Positions 45,852 to 58,133 of a stretch of DNA of 64,000 bases are shown piece after piece. The position numbers and the translations under genes were made by a program. Position 1 is the stretch's first letter. Each line of letters starts with the position of its first letter. Source of the DNA: Escherichia coli (GTDB taxonomy: Bacteria > Pseudomonadota > Gammaproteobacteria > Enterobacterales > Enterobacteriaceae); NCBI RefSeq assembly GCF_003790525.1, contig NZ_CP033635.1, one strand, 5' to 3'. The notes beneath the pieces are model-generated. The model had not been told where the DNA came from. It saw only the letters and a list, made by a program, of their open reading frames with translations, and ran no database searches.

Positions 45852-48014
45852 TTACACCGTCTCCAGTCGGGCATAAGCCGCCACCAGCCATTTAATACCC
45901 TGGCCCTGGAATGCCACCTGCAAACGGCTATGCTCGCCGCTGCCTTCCATATTGACGATGGTGCCTTCACCAAACTTAGCGTGGCGTACGCGCTGGCCGA
46001 GCTTGTAGCCGCTGTCGTTCTCGACCATCGGCGTACCCATCCGTTGATGGCTGACCGGGCGGCTTACCGTAGCGCGCAGGCGCACCTCTTCCACACACTC
46101 TTCCGGCAACTCACCGATAAAGCGCGACGGGCGATGGTAAACCTCTTTGCCATACAGACGGCGAGTTTCCGCGTAGGTCAGCGTCAGTTTCTGCATCGCG
46201 CGGGTTACGCCAACGTAGGCCAGACGGCGTTCTTCTTCCAGACGTCCGCCTTCATCCAGCGACATCTGGCTTGGGAACATGCCCTCTTCCATACCAACGA
46301 TAAACACCTGCGGGAACTCCAGGCCTTTCGCCGAGTGTAGCGTCATCAACTGCACCGCGTCCTGCCAGGTATCCGCCTGCCCCTCGCCCGCTTCCAGCGC
46401 CGCATGGGAGAGGAATGCCTGCAGCGGCATTAAATCTTCGTCTTCTTCGTTGTAGCTGAACTGGCGCGTTGCCGTCACCAGTTCCTCCAGGTTTTCGATA
46501 CGCGTCTGACCTTTTTCGCCCTTCTCCTGCTCGTACATGGTGCGCAAGCCGGAGTCTTTAATTACCCGGTCAGTCTGTACATGCAGCGGCATATCGGCAG
46601 TTTCCTGCGCTAAGGCGTCGATCAGCTCCATAAACCGCTGTAAGGCACTGGCAGCACGTCCGGCGAGGGCTTTTTCCTGCAACAGTTCACGACATGCCTG
46701 CCAGAGTGTTAACTGGCGATCACGCGATGTCTGACGTACCACGTCCAGCGTCCGGTCACCAATACCCCGCGTTGGTGTATTCACCACGCGCTCAAAGGCC
46801 GCGTCGTCATTACGGTTGGCAATCAGGCGCAGATACGAGAGCGCATCTTTGATTTCCTGGCGTTCGAAGAATCGCATCCCGCCGTAAATACGGTACGGCA
46901 TACTTGCCTGTAACAGTGCTTCTTCCAGCACACGCGACTGGGCGTTGCTGCGGTAGAGAATGGCGCACTCGGCAAGCGCCCCGCCGTTGTCCTGCCAGGT
47001 TTTGATACGGTTAACCACAAAACGCGCTTCATCGAGTTCGTTAAAAGCGCAATAGAGGGAAATAGGCTCACCATCCGCGCCATCGGTCCACAGTTTTTTA
47101 CCCAAACGCCCGTTGTTGTTTTCAATCAGGGCGTTCGCGGCGCTCAGAATATTGCTGGTAGAGCGGTAGTTCTGCTCCAGACGGATAGTTTCAGCACCGG
47201 GGAAATCATTGAGGAAACGCTGAATATTCTCCACCTGCGCTCCGCGCCAGCCGTAGATTGACTGATCGTCATCGCCAACGATCATCACTTTGCCGGTATC
47301 GCCCGCCAGCAGGCGGATCCACGCATACTGAATGTTGTTGGTATCCTGGAATTCGTCCACCAGGATATTGGTAAACCGTTCGCGATAGTGCTGAAGGATA
47401 TGCGGCTTGTTAAGCCACAACTCGTGAGCACGTAGCAGCAGCTCGGCGAAGTCCACCAGCCCCGCGCGGTCACACGCTTCCTGATACGCCTGATACACCT
47501 TCTGCCAGGTCTGCTCCACCGGATTACCGTAGCTTTGAATATGATGTGGACGCAGGCCTTCATCTTTCTGGCTGTTGATGTACCACATTGCCTGGCGCGG
47601 CGGCCACTGCTTCTCGTCGAGGTTCATCGCCTTGATTAGGCGTTTGAGCAGGCGTAGCTGGTCCTCGCTGTCGAGGATCTGAAAATCCTGCGGCAGATTG
47701 GCGTCCATATGGTGCGCACGCAGCAGACGGTGCGCCAGCCCGTGGAAGGTGCCGACCCACATGCCGCCCTGGCTGGTGCCCATCAGCTGCCCGATACGAT
47801 GACGCATCTCCGCCGCCGCTTTGTTGGTAAACGTTACCGCCATAATCGAGTATGGCGAGCAGTTTTCCACGCTCATCAGCCAGGCGATACGATGCACCAG
47901 TACGCGCGTCTTACCACTGCCCGCGCCCGCCAGCACCAGAAGGTTGCTGCGTGGCGCGGCCACCGCTTCGCGCTGTTTGTCATTAAGGCTGTCGAGCAGG
48001 TAAGAAACGTCCAT
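45852..48014 (-). CDS. uvrD: DNA helicase II UvrD
   Basis: MDVSYLLDSLNDKQREAVAAPRSNLLVLAGAGSGKTRVLVHRIAWL...; 720 aa from that start (the six-frame ORF runs 62 codons further upstream without a stop). Confidence 0.95.
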   Translation of the reverse strand: MDVSYLLDSLNDKQREAVAAPRSNLLVLAGAGSGKTRVLVHRIAWLMSVENCSPYSIMAVTFTNKAAAEMRHRIGQLMGTSQGGMWVGTFHGLAHRLLRAHHMDANLPQDFQILDSEDQLRLLKRLIKAMNLDEKQWPPRQAMWYINSQKDEGLRPHHIQSYGNPVEQTWQKVYQAYQEACDRAGLVDFAELLLRAHELWLNKPHILQHYRERFTNILVDEFQDTNNIQYAWIRLLAGDTGKVMIVGDDDQSIYGWRGAQVENIQRFLNDFPGAETIRLEQNYRSTSNILSAANALIENNNGRLGKKLWTDGADGEPISLYCAFNELDEARFVVNRIKTWQDNGGALAECAILYRSNAQSRVLEEALLQASMPYRIYGGMRFFERQEIKDALSYLRLIANRNDDAAFERVVNTPTRGIGDRTLDVVRQTSRDRQLTLWQACRELLQEKALAGRAASALQRFMELIDALAQETADMPLHVQTDRVIKDSGLRTMYEQEKGEKGQTRIENLEELVTATRQFSYNEEDEDLMPLQAFLSHAALEAGEGQADTWQDAVQLMTLHSAKGLEFPQVFIVGMEEGMFPSQMSLDEGGRLEEERRLAYVGVTRAMQKLTLTYAETRRLYGKEVYHRPSRFIGELPEECVEEVRLRATVSRPVSHQRMGTPMVENDSGYKLGQRVRHAKFGEGTIVNMEGSGEHSRLQVAFQGQGIKWLVAAYARLETV

Positions 48015-48072
48015 TGGCACCGCCGCGTAAAAATAGGTTGGGCGGAGAAGCGCAACGCCCTCCGCCAAAAAG

Positions 48073-48088
48073 CTGGGTATATATACAG
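48073..48088 (-). promoter_or_regulatory. LexA (SOS) box CTGTATATATACCCAG upstream of uvrD
   Basis: Reverse complement of CTGGGTATATATACAG on the + strand; matches the CTGT-N8-ACAG consensus. Confidence 0.8.
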
Positions 48089-48097
48089 ATTTGCTGA

Positions 48098-48814
48098 TTA
48101 TATCAGCGAGGTCAGAGATGCCAACCGGGAAATTTCCAGATGCGGGAGTAAACGGCTGTCCCAGGTTTGCATCAGATCGCCATTTTCCGGTCTGATCCAA
48201 CAGGCCTGCATTCCGCTGCGAATTGCCCCACCCACGTCAGTGGTGAGATCGTCCCCGACATGTAAGATCTCGCCGATCGGCACGTTGAGTTTTTCCGCCG
48301 CCAGGAAGTACATATCGCTGAACGGTTTTGAGCGCCCGTGCGGGCCAGCGCGCAACACAAACTCAAAATAATCCCCTAAACCAAACAGCTCCGGCTGGGC
48401 GTTACCGTTGGTGATCGCCACCAGCGGCCATTTCTTCGCCAGCTGTTTTAAGGTGTCGTGGGTTTGCTGCGGGACATCGATTCGGCTGCGCCATTTGGCA
48501 AAGTTGATCATTGCTGCGTGTGCGCCTGCACTGGCTTCTTCGGCACTCAGCCCGGCGTCGAGCATGGCTTGTTCAATCGAACGAAAACGCCAGCGCGTCA
48601 CGTCGTGATAAATCTCGGGTTCCGCTTCCCGTACCGCCTGGCGCAGGCGTTGCAGATCTTCATTCTGGAAGCTGCGCAGCGCCGGATGATAATTTTGCAC
48701 AAAGGTAAGCGCCTCTCGCTCGGTGCGCAAAATCACCGGACGGTTATCGTAAAGGGTATCATCCAGGTCAAAGGTGAGCGCCGAGATGCGCCCCAAAGGC
48801 CGGTAAAAACGCAT
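48098..48814 (-). CDS. yigB: HAD-family phosphatase YigB (5-amino-6-(5-phospho-D-ribitylamino)uracil phosphatase)
   Basis: 238 aa, HAD motifs ([21 protein letters not shown]). Confidence 0.9.
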
Positions 48815-49710
48815 TATTTCCCCCGTTTGGCGCGTGGATGCGCCGCATCGTACACCGAGGCAAGGTGTTGAAAATCAAGATGAGTATAGATTTGCGTGGT
48901 GGAGAGGTTGGCATGACCCAGCAGCTCCTGCACACCACGAAGATCGCCGCTCGACTCCAGCATATGCGTAGCGAACGAGTGACGTAATTTATGCGGGTGA
49001 ACGTGATTATTCAGCCCCTGTTTTATTCCCCATTCGGCAAAGCGTTTTTGCACATTACGCGCGGAGATACGCTTGCCCAGTTTCGACAGGAAAAGCGCGT
49101 CGTCTTCGCTGCCAAACAGGTCGCGCAAATCAAGCCAGTGCTCAATCCACGCCACGGCGTTACGACCAATCGGCAGGCGGCGCTCTTTGCTGCCTTTCCC
49201 CATCACCCACACTTCGCCGGACTCCAGGTCGAGGTGTTTGATATCGAGCCCCACCAGTTCGGAAAGACGCAGCCCCGCGCCGTACATCACTTCCAGCATT
49301 GCCCGATCGCGCACGGCGAGGGGATCGTTGATATCAATATCCAGCAGCCGATTCATATCATCGACGTCGATGTTTTTCGGCAGATGACGCGGCGCTTTCG
49401 GTGCCGACACACCTTTCGCCGGGTTGGCTTTGAGTTCGTTCTGGCTGACCAGCCAGTCAAAAAAGCTACGTAGCGCAGAAAGCCGTAACGCCAGACTTGC
49501 AGCTCCCAGCCCTTTACGGCGGCTGCGTACAGCGAAATTGCGCACCATCGTCACATCACATTGCTGCCAGCTTTGCAGGCCGTTTTCACTGGCAAAATTG
49601 ATGATCGCCTCAAGCTGACGCTGATAGTTAAGTAGGGTTATCGGGCTAAGCTGACGCTCCACGCTCAGATAACGTAGGTAGCGTTCTACATCGGTGTGTA
49701 AATCGGTCAT
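48814..49710 (-). CDS. xerC: Site-specific tyrosine recombinase XerC
   Basis: 298 aa, C-terminal catalytic R..HxxR..Y ([12 protein letters not shown]...TQIYTHL). Confidence 0.95.
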
Positions 49711-50414
49711 ACGCGTTCAATCCAACGCTCCAGAAGCTCCGGCAACATCAGCGCAATTTCATGAAGTAACTGCGTTCCCTGCCCTTGTTGATAGTGACTG
49801 GCATCGCGACTGGTAAACAGCACGACACCCAAATCAGCATCGCTTCCCAGCATCGACATCGCCACCGATCCCACCGCTTTCGCTTCCGGTAGCACCACCA
49901 GAAGCTCCGGTCCGTTAAGTGGCCCCAGATAGTGCTGTTCCTGCCCCAGACGCTGAATACGCAGCGGTTCGAAAGACTGACGGCTTAATGCCAGATGAGT
50001 GTGGTTCGACGGCGCACCTAAACGCCAGCGATCCGGGAACAGGCGTAGGCTCGCACCCGCCAGGCCGAGATCGCGCGCCCAGCGGTGAAAGCGCATCAGC
50101 ATATCATCGAGACTGCTGGCGGCGGTGAGACTGCGCTGCAGGTAGAGTAGACGATAAAACAGGCCTTCGTTGGCAATAGCCTGTTCCATCAACAACGCCA
50201 TGTTCTCTTCCAGAACATGAATGTGATTACGTGCGCGGGCCATGTGCCATTCGACCAACGAAACGGTGCCGCGTACCGGATGCGGCACACGTATCGCTTC
50301 AACTGCGCGCGCATTGCGGATAAAAAACTCAGGATTTTTAATCAGATAATCGACAACCGCCCGGTCATCAAGCTCCGTGAGTGTTTCCTGCAGTTCTTCC
50401 CCTGGTTGCTTCAT
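49707..50414 (-). CDS. yigA: DUF484-family protein YigA
   Basis: 235 aa, in conserved dapF-yigA-xerC-yigB context with 4-bp overlaps. Confidence 0.85.
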
Positions 50415-51235
50415 AGATGAATAAATCCGTCGTAGACATGTACCGCCGGGCCAGTCATATATAACGGGTGACCCGGACCTTTCCAGGCGATATCAAGACG
50501 ACCGCCGGGGAGTTCCACGCGTACTTCTTCGGCCAGCAAACCTTGCTGAATCCCTACCGCCACCGCCGCACATGCGCCGCTGCCGCAGGCCTGGGTTTCT
50601 CCTGCCCCACGCTCATAAACGCGTAAACGAATATGCTCGCGCTTAACCACTTGCATAAAACCGATATTGGCGCGCTCCGGGAAACGTTCGTGGCTTTCCA
50701 GAACAGGACCAAGCGTTTCTACCGCCGCGGTATCGACATCATCGACCTGAATCACGCAATGCGGATTTCCCATCGACACCACGCCGCATAAGATTGTCTG
50801 CTCGGCGGCGCGCATAATATAGGTCTTTTCCGCTTTGTTAGCGCGAAACGGCACGGCAGAAGGTTCGAAGTTGGGTTCGCCCATATTTACGCGGACCAGA
50901 TCATCATCGGTGACGGTAAGAACCATCCGCCCGTTGGCGGTGCTGACGCGGATATCGCGCTTATTGGTCAGCCCTTTCAGACGCACAAAACGGGCAAAGC
51001 AGCGTGCTCCGTTGCCGCACTGCGCCACTTCACTGCCATCAGCATTGAAAATGCGATAGTGAAAATCCAGTTCAGGATCATACGGCGGCTCAACCACCAG
51101 CAGTTGGTCAAACCCTACCCCCAGGTGCCGATCAGCCAGGCGACGAATCAGCTCCGGTGAAAAAAAGACATTCTGCGTTACCGCGTCGACGACCATAAAA
51201 TCGTTGCCAAGGCCATGCATTTTCGAGAACTGCAT
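50411..51235 (-). CDS. dapF: Diaminopimelate epimerase DapF
   Basis: [21 protein letters not shown]..., catalytic Cys motifs (GNGARC, CGSGACA). Confidence 0.95.
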
Positions 51236-51271
51236 CATTTACTCCAATCACGCGGGTACAGAAACTGACTT

Positions 51272-51475
51272 TTAGTAATTCACCTGGGATGGACCATCGC
51301 CAGTGGCGCGGTCGTTTTTATCCGGCACCGTGGATTGCGTTTGCGTCTCTACCGGTTTGGTCGGTGGCGGTGCGTTTTTATCTGCAGGCGGGAAATAGAG
51401 CGGACCTTTCAGACCGCAGCCCGTCAGGCTGAAGAGAGTAAGTAATACAGTGAGTGCCTTAAACACGTTTTTCAT
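51272..51475 (-). CDS. yifL: Small lipoprotein YifL
   Basis: 67 aa; lipobox LTGC after signal peptide (MKNVFKALTVLLTLFSLTGC). Confidence 0.85.
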   Translation of the reverse strand: MKNVFKALTVLLTLFSLTGCGLKGPLYFPPADKNAPPPTKPVETQTQSTVPDKNDRATGDGPSQVNY

Positions 51476-51944
51476 TATGGATTGCCTGTAAAGTTCATCG
51501 CTTTCTGCTTTCTATCATCGCAGGAGAAGACGTAAAAGCAAGCGTTTAGCGACTCTTTATGAAGTCTGAAAAGTGAGGAAATGCTGCGAGTATAACGCTT
51601 ACACGTGGCGATTTATGTTTTGCTGGCAGTTTCGTGATCGGCACCTCGCGCCAGGATGGCTTTATGCACTATCGCAACGTGGTTTGTTTGTTGTCTTGTT
51701 CGTTGTTCTTATCGTCGGCATGGGGATGTCGGCTTTCCGCGCCTGAACATAATATTTACCAGAAACAGGGAAAAGGCGTGGTGTACCTGCGTCCTTATGA
51801 AAAGACCAATCTTTCGCTATATAGAGATATTATTATTCCGTTGACGGATGAATCATGCCGTAACGCAGCCGCAGACGGGCAAACTTTGAAGCCCTGACCC
51901 CATACCGCTATACTGCCGCCATCACTTAAAAACAGGATACAACA

Positions 51945-52265
51945 ATGAACGACAGTGAATTTCATCGCCTGGCTGATCAACTGTGGCTGACCATTGAAGA
52001 GCGTCTGGACGACTGGGATGGCGATAGCGATATCGACTGCGAAATCAACGGCGGCGTGCTGACCATTACCTTTGAAAACGGGAGCAAAATCATTATCAAC
52101 CGCCAGGAACCGCTGCACCAGGTATGGCTGGCAACCAAACAGGGCGGCTACCATTTTGATATGAAAGGCGATGAGTGGATTTGCGATCGTAGCGGCGAAA
52201 CCTTCTGGGATTTGCTGGAACAGGCGGCAACGCAGCAAGCGGGTGAAACAGTCAGTTTCCGCTAA
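51945..52265 (+). CDS. cyaY: Frataxin homologue CyaY
   Basis: 106 aa, [33 protein letters not shown]... Confidence 0.95.
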   Translation: MNDSEFHRLADQLWLTIEERLDDWDGDSDIDCEINGGVLTITFENGSKIIINRQEPLHQVWLATKQGGYHFDMKGDEWICDRSGETFWDLLEQAATQQAGETVSFR

Positions 52266-52304
52266 GATTGCATGCCGGATAAGCCTCGCTTTCCGGCACG
52301 CTCA

Positions 52305-54851
52305 TCACGAAAAATACTGCTGTAATAGCGGCGTGTCGTGATCCTGATTGGCAGGCGGCATGTTGCCAATCGATTTGGTGCGGAACGGAATCACCTGTTC
52401 ACGACCATCAACCTTCACAATCTGATAGAACTGCGGCAGGTTGAAGTTGATGAAGCTTGAGCCGTAGGTAAAACGGTCGTGCGATGACGAGTAGAAGCGA
52501 CTGACGTCACGCACCAGCTCCTCTTTGCTGCCTTCGCAGTGGTGATACACCTCAACCCGGTTGCTTTCGTCGAGAATGTAGATATTAAAGCCATTCTCGT
52601 CTTGCGTTTCTTCGAAGAAGAACTGGATGATCCCTTCGCTGGCAAAGCCGTCCACCACCGCCGGTAATTTGACGTGATTGGTTTCAACCTGCACTGACAG
52701 GCCGTGCAGTTTGTTATGCGAAATAGCGCCATAAAACTCGATGGCATTTTCTAGTTTCTGTACCGATACATTCAGGCGTTCGAAGAATAAGCCCCAGGTT
52801 TGACCAGAAACGCGCAGCGCCTTGAAACGTCCGGTTTCCTGGCGGGTGCTGGAAAGACGCAGTTCAATGCACTCAGAAACCAGTTGCTGCACGCGAGTAC
52901 GGATTAATCCGCGCAGATGCTGGCTATAACAGAAGACTTCCACGCTATCTGGCGGTGCGGCGTCCTGATGCATTTTACCGAGAATGGTTTTCAGGGCTTC
53001 GATCATCGACTGCTCGCCGTTGAAGTGCAACGTACGCACTTCGTTCCACGAGTTGCGGTACAGCAGGTCCACGCTACCTACCAGGCAATTTTGATTCTCG
53101 CCAAAGCTGAAGACGTCCAGCTTACGGAAATCAAAATGCACCACCTGATTGCGGAACGCAGCTGTCGGGTCATATTCCAGGTTAACGATAATCGCCAGAT
53201 GGCGAATCTCACATGGGCTGTAGAGCGCTTTTGGCGTCGGTGCAGGCAGGCGCAGCGGGAAATGGTGCGACACGTCGGCGACCATCTCCTGCAACTTAGG
53301 CAAATCGACAATGCCGTTGCCTTTAATATACAAGCGGGTGCGCGAGGTCAGCAGGCCGTTAAACCATGCCCACGCCACCAGTTTATTCAGGTAACGGTTA
53401 TATTCCAGCGGCTGATGGCTGATGATCGACTCAATATTTGGCGCGCGGTTATACAGATACCAACCTGAACGGTTAGCCCGGCCCGGCGGCACATAAATAA
53501 AGGTCAGATTCGGTTCCGAGAGATCGGGCGAAATCTGCGGGTTTACCAGCGTCACTTTACCTGGCAATGCTTCAAACGCGGCGTACAGCTTACGTGTCAG
53601 CACGCCGATATCCTGCGGGCTGGCGGAGACGCTAAGGTTATTGCGGCGCGCAAAGCGGATCAGATTACGGTAGCTCTGCATCATCGCGTCGAGCAGCTCG
53701 TTGTGCGCCTCACGCACCTGATCAATCTTCCAGTTGGCGCGGTTATCGAGCATTGCCAGACGCGCATCGTCCCATTCCCACTCTTTCACTAACTGGGTTA
53801 GCACTTCACGACGCCAGCCTACGCAAGCGCGTTCGCGGCTGAGTTTTTCGCACACTTTTAAATAGAAGCAGCGGCGTACTAAATCCAGACGGGTGAAATC
53901 TTCAATCGCCGTCAGGTATTCCGTAACACGCTCCAGCATCATGCAGTATGGATCGAGGCCAAACGACACAATCTCGCCGTCGTGCAAACGCTGTTTGATA
54001 TCTTTCGCCAGCAGGCGTGGGTTGGGATATTCCCAGGAATAGGCTTCCAATAGCAGTGTTTTCAGCACCGCTTTGTATGGGGAATCGATACTCTTGTAGA
54101 GCTGCCAAAGGCTGGCACCAAAGTACTCTTCAGCAGAAAGCGAGCTTAAGCCACCAAGATCCAGCCATTCATTAGGAGTAAGCACGCCCTGCGCGTAAAG
54201 CGTCATCACATAGTCGTCGTAATGCTCTTCTTCGTCGCACGGCACCATATTCCACAGAATACGCTTACCGGCGAGACGCACGGCGGTACGATAAAATTCG
54301 TCAAGCAGCAGTATATGCTGGGTGGAGCCACAATCTTCGCCCCCCAGGCTGCCGCTTTCATTATGACGGAAGCGATTTTCATCAATCAGGAAGAAGCTGA
54401 CTTCCACACCCAGCGAGGCGGCCCAGCTTTCCAGCAGACTACATTTACGTTGTAGTAACTGGCGCTCTTCGCTATCGAGCCAGGATTGATGACAGACCCA
54501 GATATCCAGGTCAGAGGAACAACTTTGCCCTACGGACGAGGTGCTGCCCATGGTGTATACACCAGTAATTGGAAGCTCACCTTTCGGCGGATCCTGTACT
54601 GACATTCCACGATACAGTTCAAGCTCGTTCAGGTAGTGGCGTTGAGTTTCATCAGGCGTGTAAAGGCAAATGCCTTTGGGAACGTTACCATCAAGGTAAC
54701 CCGGCATTAGCGGATGGTGATAGTGCAACAATGTCGGCAGTAGACTGTAGACCTGTTGGAATGCAGGCCCCATAGCAGCAAGCGCGCGATCCACACGCAA
54801 TTGATTTATGGCATCCAGTCTCTGTTTCAGAGTCTCAATATAGAGGTACAA
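52305..54851 (-). CDS. cyaA: Adenylate cyclase CyaA (class I)
   Basis: 848 aa, [31 protein letters not shown]...; the first codon is TTG in the sequence. Confidence 0.95.
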   Translation of the reverse strand: MYLYIETLKQRLDAINQLRVDRALAAMGPAFQQVYSLLPTLLHYHHPLMPGYLDGNVPKGICLYTPDETQRHYLNELELYRGMSVQDPPKGELPITGVYTMGSTSSVGQSCSSDLDIWVCHQSWLDSEERQLLQRKCSLLESWAASLGVEVSFFLIDENRFRHNESGSLGGEDCGSTQHILLLDEFYRTAVRLAGKRILWNMVPCDEEEHYDDYVMTLYAQGVLTPNEWLDLGGLSSLSAEEYFGASLWQLYKSIDSPYKAVLKTLLLEAYSWEYPNPRLLAKDIKQRLHDGEIVSFGLDPYCMMLERVTEYLTAIEDFTRLDLVRRCFYLKVCEKLSRERACVGWRREVLTQLVKEWEWDDARLAMLDNRANWKIDQVREAHNELLDAMMQSYRNLIRFARRNNLSVSASPQDIGVLTRKLYAAFEALPGKVTLVNPQISPDLSEPNLTFIYVPPGRANRSGWYLYNRAPNIESIISHQPLEYNRYLNKLVAWAWFNGLLTSRTRLYIKGNGIVDLPKLQEMVADVSHHFPLRLPAPTPKALYSPCEIRHLAIIVNLEYDPTAAFRNQVVHFDFRKLDVFSFGENQNCLVGSVDLLYRNSWNEVRTLHFNGEQSMIEALKTILGKMHQDAAPPDSVEVFCYSQHLRGLIRTRVQQLVSECIELRLSSTRQETGRFKALRVSGQTWGLFFERLNVSVQKLENAIEFYGAISHNKLHGLSVQVETNHVKLPAVVDGFASEGIIQFFFEETQDENGFNIYILDESNRVEVYHHCEGSKEELVRDVSRFYSSSHDRFTYGSSFINFNLPQFYQIVKVDGREQVIPFRTKSIGNMPPANQDHDTPLLQQYFS

Positions 54852-55237
54852 GACGTATCGCCTGATTTGCTACCCGTCATGACTGTGATTCCGCCAACAT
54901 CAACGGTAACACGCGGCATTCGGGATATTTCGTATGTCAAAGGTAACCGTTACCACTTTTCGCGCCTGGTTTTTTTAGTTTCACGACGAAAAAATGGTCT
55001 AAAACGTGATCAATTTAACACCTTGCTGATTGACCGTAAAGAAAGATGCGCTACATACAAGTGTAGCACCGTTTATTCTCTGTAAATTCCTTATTACGAC
55101 GGCGTGAAACGCCTGTCAGGATCCACTGCCAGACCTCATTTTACGGTTTGCGCAGGCGTCTACGTTTCACCACAACACTGACATCGCTCTGGCAAGGATG
55201 TTAGGATGGACCACGGATGATAATGACGGTAACAAGC

Positions 55238-56179
55238 ATGTTAGACAATGTTTTAAGAATTGCCACACGCCAAAGCCCACTTGCACTCTGGCAGGCACAC
55301 TATGTCAAAGACAAGTTGATGGCGAGCCATCCGGGCCTGGTCGTTGAACTGGTACCGATGGTGACGCGCGGCGATGTGATTCTTGATACGCCGCTGGCGA
55401 AAGTAGGCGGAAAAGGCTTATTTGTTAAAGAGCTGGAAGTCGCGCTCCTGGAGAATCGCGCCGATATCGCCGTACATTCAATGAAAGATGTGCCGGTTGA
55501 ATTCCCGCAAGGTCTGGGGCTGGTCACCATTTGCGAGCGTGAAGATCCTCGCGATGCCTTTGTGTCCAATAACTATGAAAGTCTGGATGCGTTACCGGCA
55601 GGCAGTATCGTCGGGACGTCCAGTTTACGTCGCCAGTGCCAACTGGCTGAACGCCGCCCGGATCTGATTATCCGCTCCCTGCGCGGCAACGTCGGCACTC
55701 GCCTGAGTAAACTGGATAACGGCGAATACGATGCCATCATTCTTGCCGTAGCCGGACTAAAACGTTTAGGTCTGGAGTCCCGCATTCGCGCCGCATTGCC
55801 ACCCGAGATTTCTCTTCCGGCGGTAGGACAAGGTGCGGTGGGTATTGAATGCCGCCTTGATGATTCTCGCACTCGCGAGCTGCTTGCCGCGCTGAATCAC
55901 CACGAAACTGCACTGCGCGTTACCGCAGAACGCGCCATGAATACCCGTCTCGAAGGCGGATGTCAGGTGCCAATTGGTAGCTACGCCGAGCTTATTGATG
56001 GCGAAATCTGGCTGCGTGCGCTGGTCGGCGCGCCGGACGGTTCGCAGATTATTCGCGGTGAACGCCGCGGTGCGCCGCAAGATGCCGAACAAATGGGGAT
56101 TTCGCTGGCAGAAGAGCTACTGAATAACGGCGCGCGCGAGATCCTCGCTGAAGTCTATAACGGAGACGCCCCGGCATGA
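55238..56179 (+). CDS. hemC: Porphobilinogen deaminase (hydroxymethylbilane synthase) HemC
   Basis: [27 protein letters not shown]...; start chosen at MLDNVL. Confidence 0.95.
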   Translation: MLDNVLRIATRQSPLALWQAHYVKDKLMASHPGLVVELVPMVTRGDVILDTPLAKVGGKGLFVKELEVALLENRADIAVHSMKDVPVEFPQGLGLVTICEREDPRDAFVSNNYESLDALPAGSIVGTSSLRRQCQLAERRPDLIIRSLRGNVGTRLSKLDNGEYDAIILAVAGLKRLGLESRIRAALPPEISLPAVGQGAVGIECRLDDSRTRELLAALNHHETALRVTAERAMNTRLEGGCQVPIGSYAELIDGEIWLRALVGAPDGSQIIRGERRGAPQDAEQMGISLAEELLNNGAREILAEVYNGDAPA

Positions 56180-56916
56180 GTATCCTGGTCACCCGCCCGT
56201 CTCCCGCTGGAGAAGAGTTAGTGAGCCGTCTGCGCACACTGGGGCAGGTGGCCTGGCATTTTCCGCTGATTGAGTTTTCTCCGGGTCGACAATTACCGCA
56301 ACTTGCTGATCAACTGGCAGCGCTGGGGGAGAGCGATCTGTTGTTTGCCCTCTCGCAACACGCGGTTGCTTTTGCCCAATCACAGCTACATCAGCAAGAT
56401 CGTAAATGGCCCCGATTACCTGATTATTTCGCCATTGGACGCACCACCGCACTGGCATTACATACCGTAAGCGGACAGAAGATTCTCTACCCGCAGGATC
56501 GGGAAATCAGCGAAGTCTTGCTACAATTACCTGAATTACAAAATATTGCGGGCAAACGTGCGCTGATATTACGTGGCAATGGCGGTCGTGAGCTAATTGG
56601 GGATTCCCTGACGGCGCGCGGTGCTGAGGTCACTTTTTGTGAATGTTATCAACGATGCGCAATCCATTACGATGGTGCAGAAGAAGCGATGCGCTGGCAA
56701 TCCCGCGAGGTGACGACGGTCGTTGTTACCAGCGGTGAAATGTTGCAGCAACTCTGGTCGCTGATCCCACAATGGTATCGTGAGCACTGGTTACTACGCT
56801 GTCGACTATTGGTCGTCAGTGAGCGTTTGGCGAAACTCGCCCGGGAACTGGGCTGGCAAGACATTAAGGTCGCCGATAACGCTGACAACGATGCGCTTTT
56901 ACGGGCATTACAATAA
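56176..56916 (+). CDS. hemD: Uroporphyrinogen-III synthase HemD
   Basis: 246 aa; 4-bp overlap with hemC. Confidence 0.9.
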   Translation: MSILVTRPSPAGEELVSRLRTLGQVAWHFPLIEFSPGRQLPQLADQLAALGESDLLFALSQHAVAFAQSQLHQQDRKWPRLPDYFAIGRTTALALHTVSGQKILYPQDREISEVLLQLPELQNIAGKRALILRGNGGRELIGDSLTARGAEVTFCECYQRCAIHYDGAEEAMRWQSREVTTVVVTSGEMLQQLWSLIPQWYREHWLLRCRLLVVSERLAKLARELGWQDIKVADNADNDALLRALQ

Positions 56917-56937
56917 CTCTCATAACAGGAAGCCATA

Positions 56938-58131
56938 ATGACGGAACAAGAAAAAACCTCCGCCGTGGTTGAAGAGACCAGGGAGGCCGTGGACACCACG
57001 TCACAACCTGTCGCAACAGAAAAAAAGAGTAAGAACAATACCGCATTGATTCTCAGCGCGGTGGCTATCGCTATTGCTCTGGCGGCGGGCGTCGGTTTGT
57101 ATGGCTGGGGTAAACAACAGGCCGTCAATCAGACTGCCACCAGCGATGCCCTGGCTAACCAACTTACTGCACTGCAAAAAGCCCAGGAGAGCCAAAAAGC
57201 CGAGCTGGAAGGCATTATCAAGCAACAAGCTGTACAGCTTGAGCAGGCGAATCGTCAGCAAGAAACGCTGGCAAAACAGCTGGATGAAGTCCAACAAAAG
57301 GTCGCCACCATTTCCGGCAGCGATGCTAAAACCTGGCTGCTGGCTCAGGCTGATTTCCTGGTGAAACTCGCCGGACGGAAGCTGTGGAGCGATCAGGACG
57401 TCACGACCGCTGCAGCGTTGCTGAAAAGTGCAGACGCCAGCCTGGCGGATATGAATGACCCGAGTCTGATTACCGTTCGCCGGGCAATTACCGATGATAT
57501 CGCCAGCCTTTCTGCGGTATCGCAGGTGGATTATGACGGCATTATCCTTAAGCTTAATCAGCTTTCAAATCAGGTAGATAACCTGCGTCTTGCTGATAAT
57601 GATAGCGATGGTTCGCCGATGGATTCCGACGGTGAAGAGCTTTCCAGTTCCATCAGCGAATGGCGTATCAATCTGCAAAAAAGCTGGCAGAACTTTATGG
57701 ACAACTTCATTACGATTCGCCGTCGTGATGACACCGCCGTACCGCTGTTAGCGCCAAATCAGGATATCTATCTGCGCGAAAATATTCGCTCTCGCCTGCT
57801 GGTCGCAGCACAAGCTGTACCGCGTCACCAGGAAGAGACTTATCGCCAGGCGCTGGAGAACGTCTCCACCTGGGTACGTGCTTACTACGATACTGATGAT
57901 GCCACCACCAAAGCGTTCCTCGACGAGGTGGACCAGTTAAGCCAGCAAAATATCTCGATGGATCTTCCGGAAACCCTGCAAAGCCAGGCGATGCTGGAAA
58001 AATTGATGCAGACCCGCGTGCGTAACCTGCTGGCACAACCGGCAGCAGGGACAACGGAAGCTAAACCTGCACCTGCACCTGCACCTGCACCGCAAGCTGA
58101 TACTCCGGCAGCCGCGCCGCAAGGAGAATAA
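56938..58131 (+). CDS. hemX: HemX (putative uroporphyrinogen-III C-methyltransferase-like membrane protein)
   Basis: 397 aa, N-terminal TM, coiled-coil, C-terminal PAPAPAPAP repeat. Confidence 0.9.
   Translation: MTEQEKTSAVVEETREAVDTTSQPVATEKKSKNNTALILSAVAIAIALAAGVGLYGWGKQQAVNQTATSDALANQLTALQKAQESQKAELEGIIKQQAVQLEQANRQQETLAKQLDEVQQKVATISGSDAKTWLLAQADFLVKLAGRKLWSDQDVTTAAALLKSADASLADMNDPSLITVRRAITDDIASLSAVSQVDYDGIILKLNQLSNQVDNLRLADNDSDGSPMDSDGEELSSSISEWRINLQKSWQNFMDNFITIRRRDDTAVPLLAPNQDIYLRENIRSRLLVAAQAVPRHQEETYRQALENVSTWVRAYYDTDDATTKAFLDEVDQLSQQNISMDLPETLQSQAMLEKLMQTRVRNLLAQPAAGTTEAKPAPAPAPAPQADTPAAAPQGE
58066..58092 (+). repeat. Tandem hexanucleotide repeat (CCTGCA)x4 plus one degenerate unit, encoding (Pro-Ala)n at the HemX C-terminus
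   Basis: Counted directly in sequence. Confidence 0.85.
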
Positions 58132-58133
58132 CC

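Noticed and set aside
51634-51897. 87-aa ORF in the yifL-cyaY intergenic region
   Set aside because: No convincing RBS or lipobox, weak signal-like segment only; more likely promoter/UTR sequence, though a small protein cannot be excluded without conservation analysis
52266-52304. Possible terminator hairpin between convergent cyaY and cyaA
   Set aside because: Stem is short (GCCGG/CCGGC) and no clear U-tract on either strand; too weak to call
54756-55085. 109-aa ORF spanning the cyaA start and cyaA-hemC divergent promoter region
   Set aside because: Overlaps the cyaA 5' end and the hemC promoter; no family resemblance
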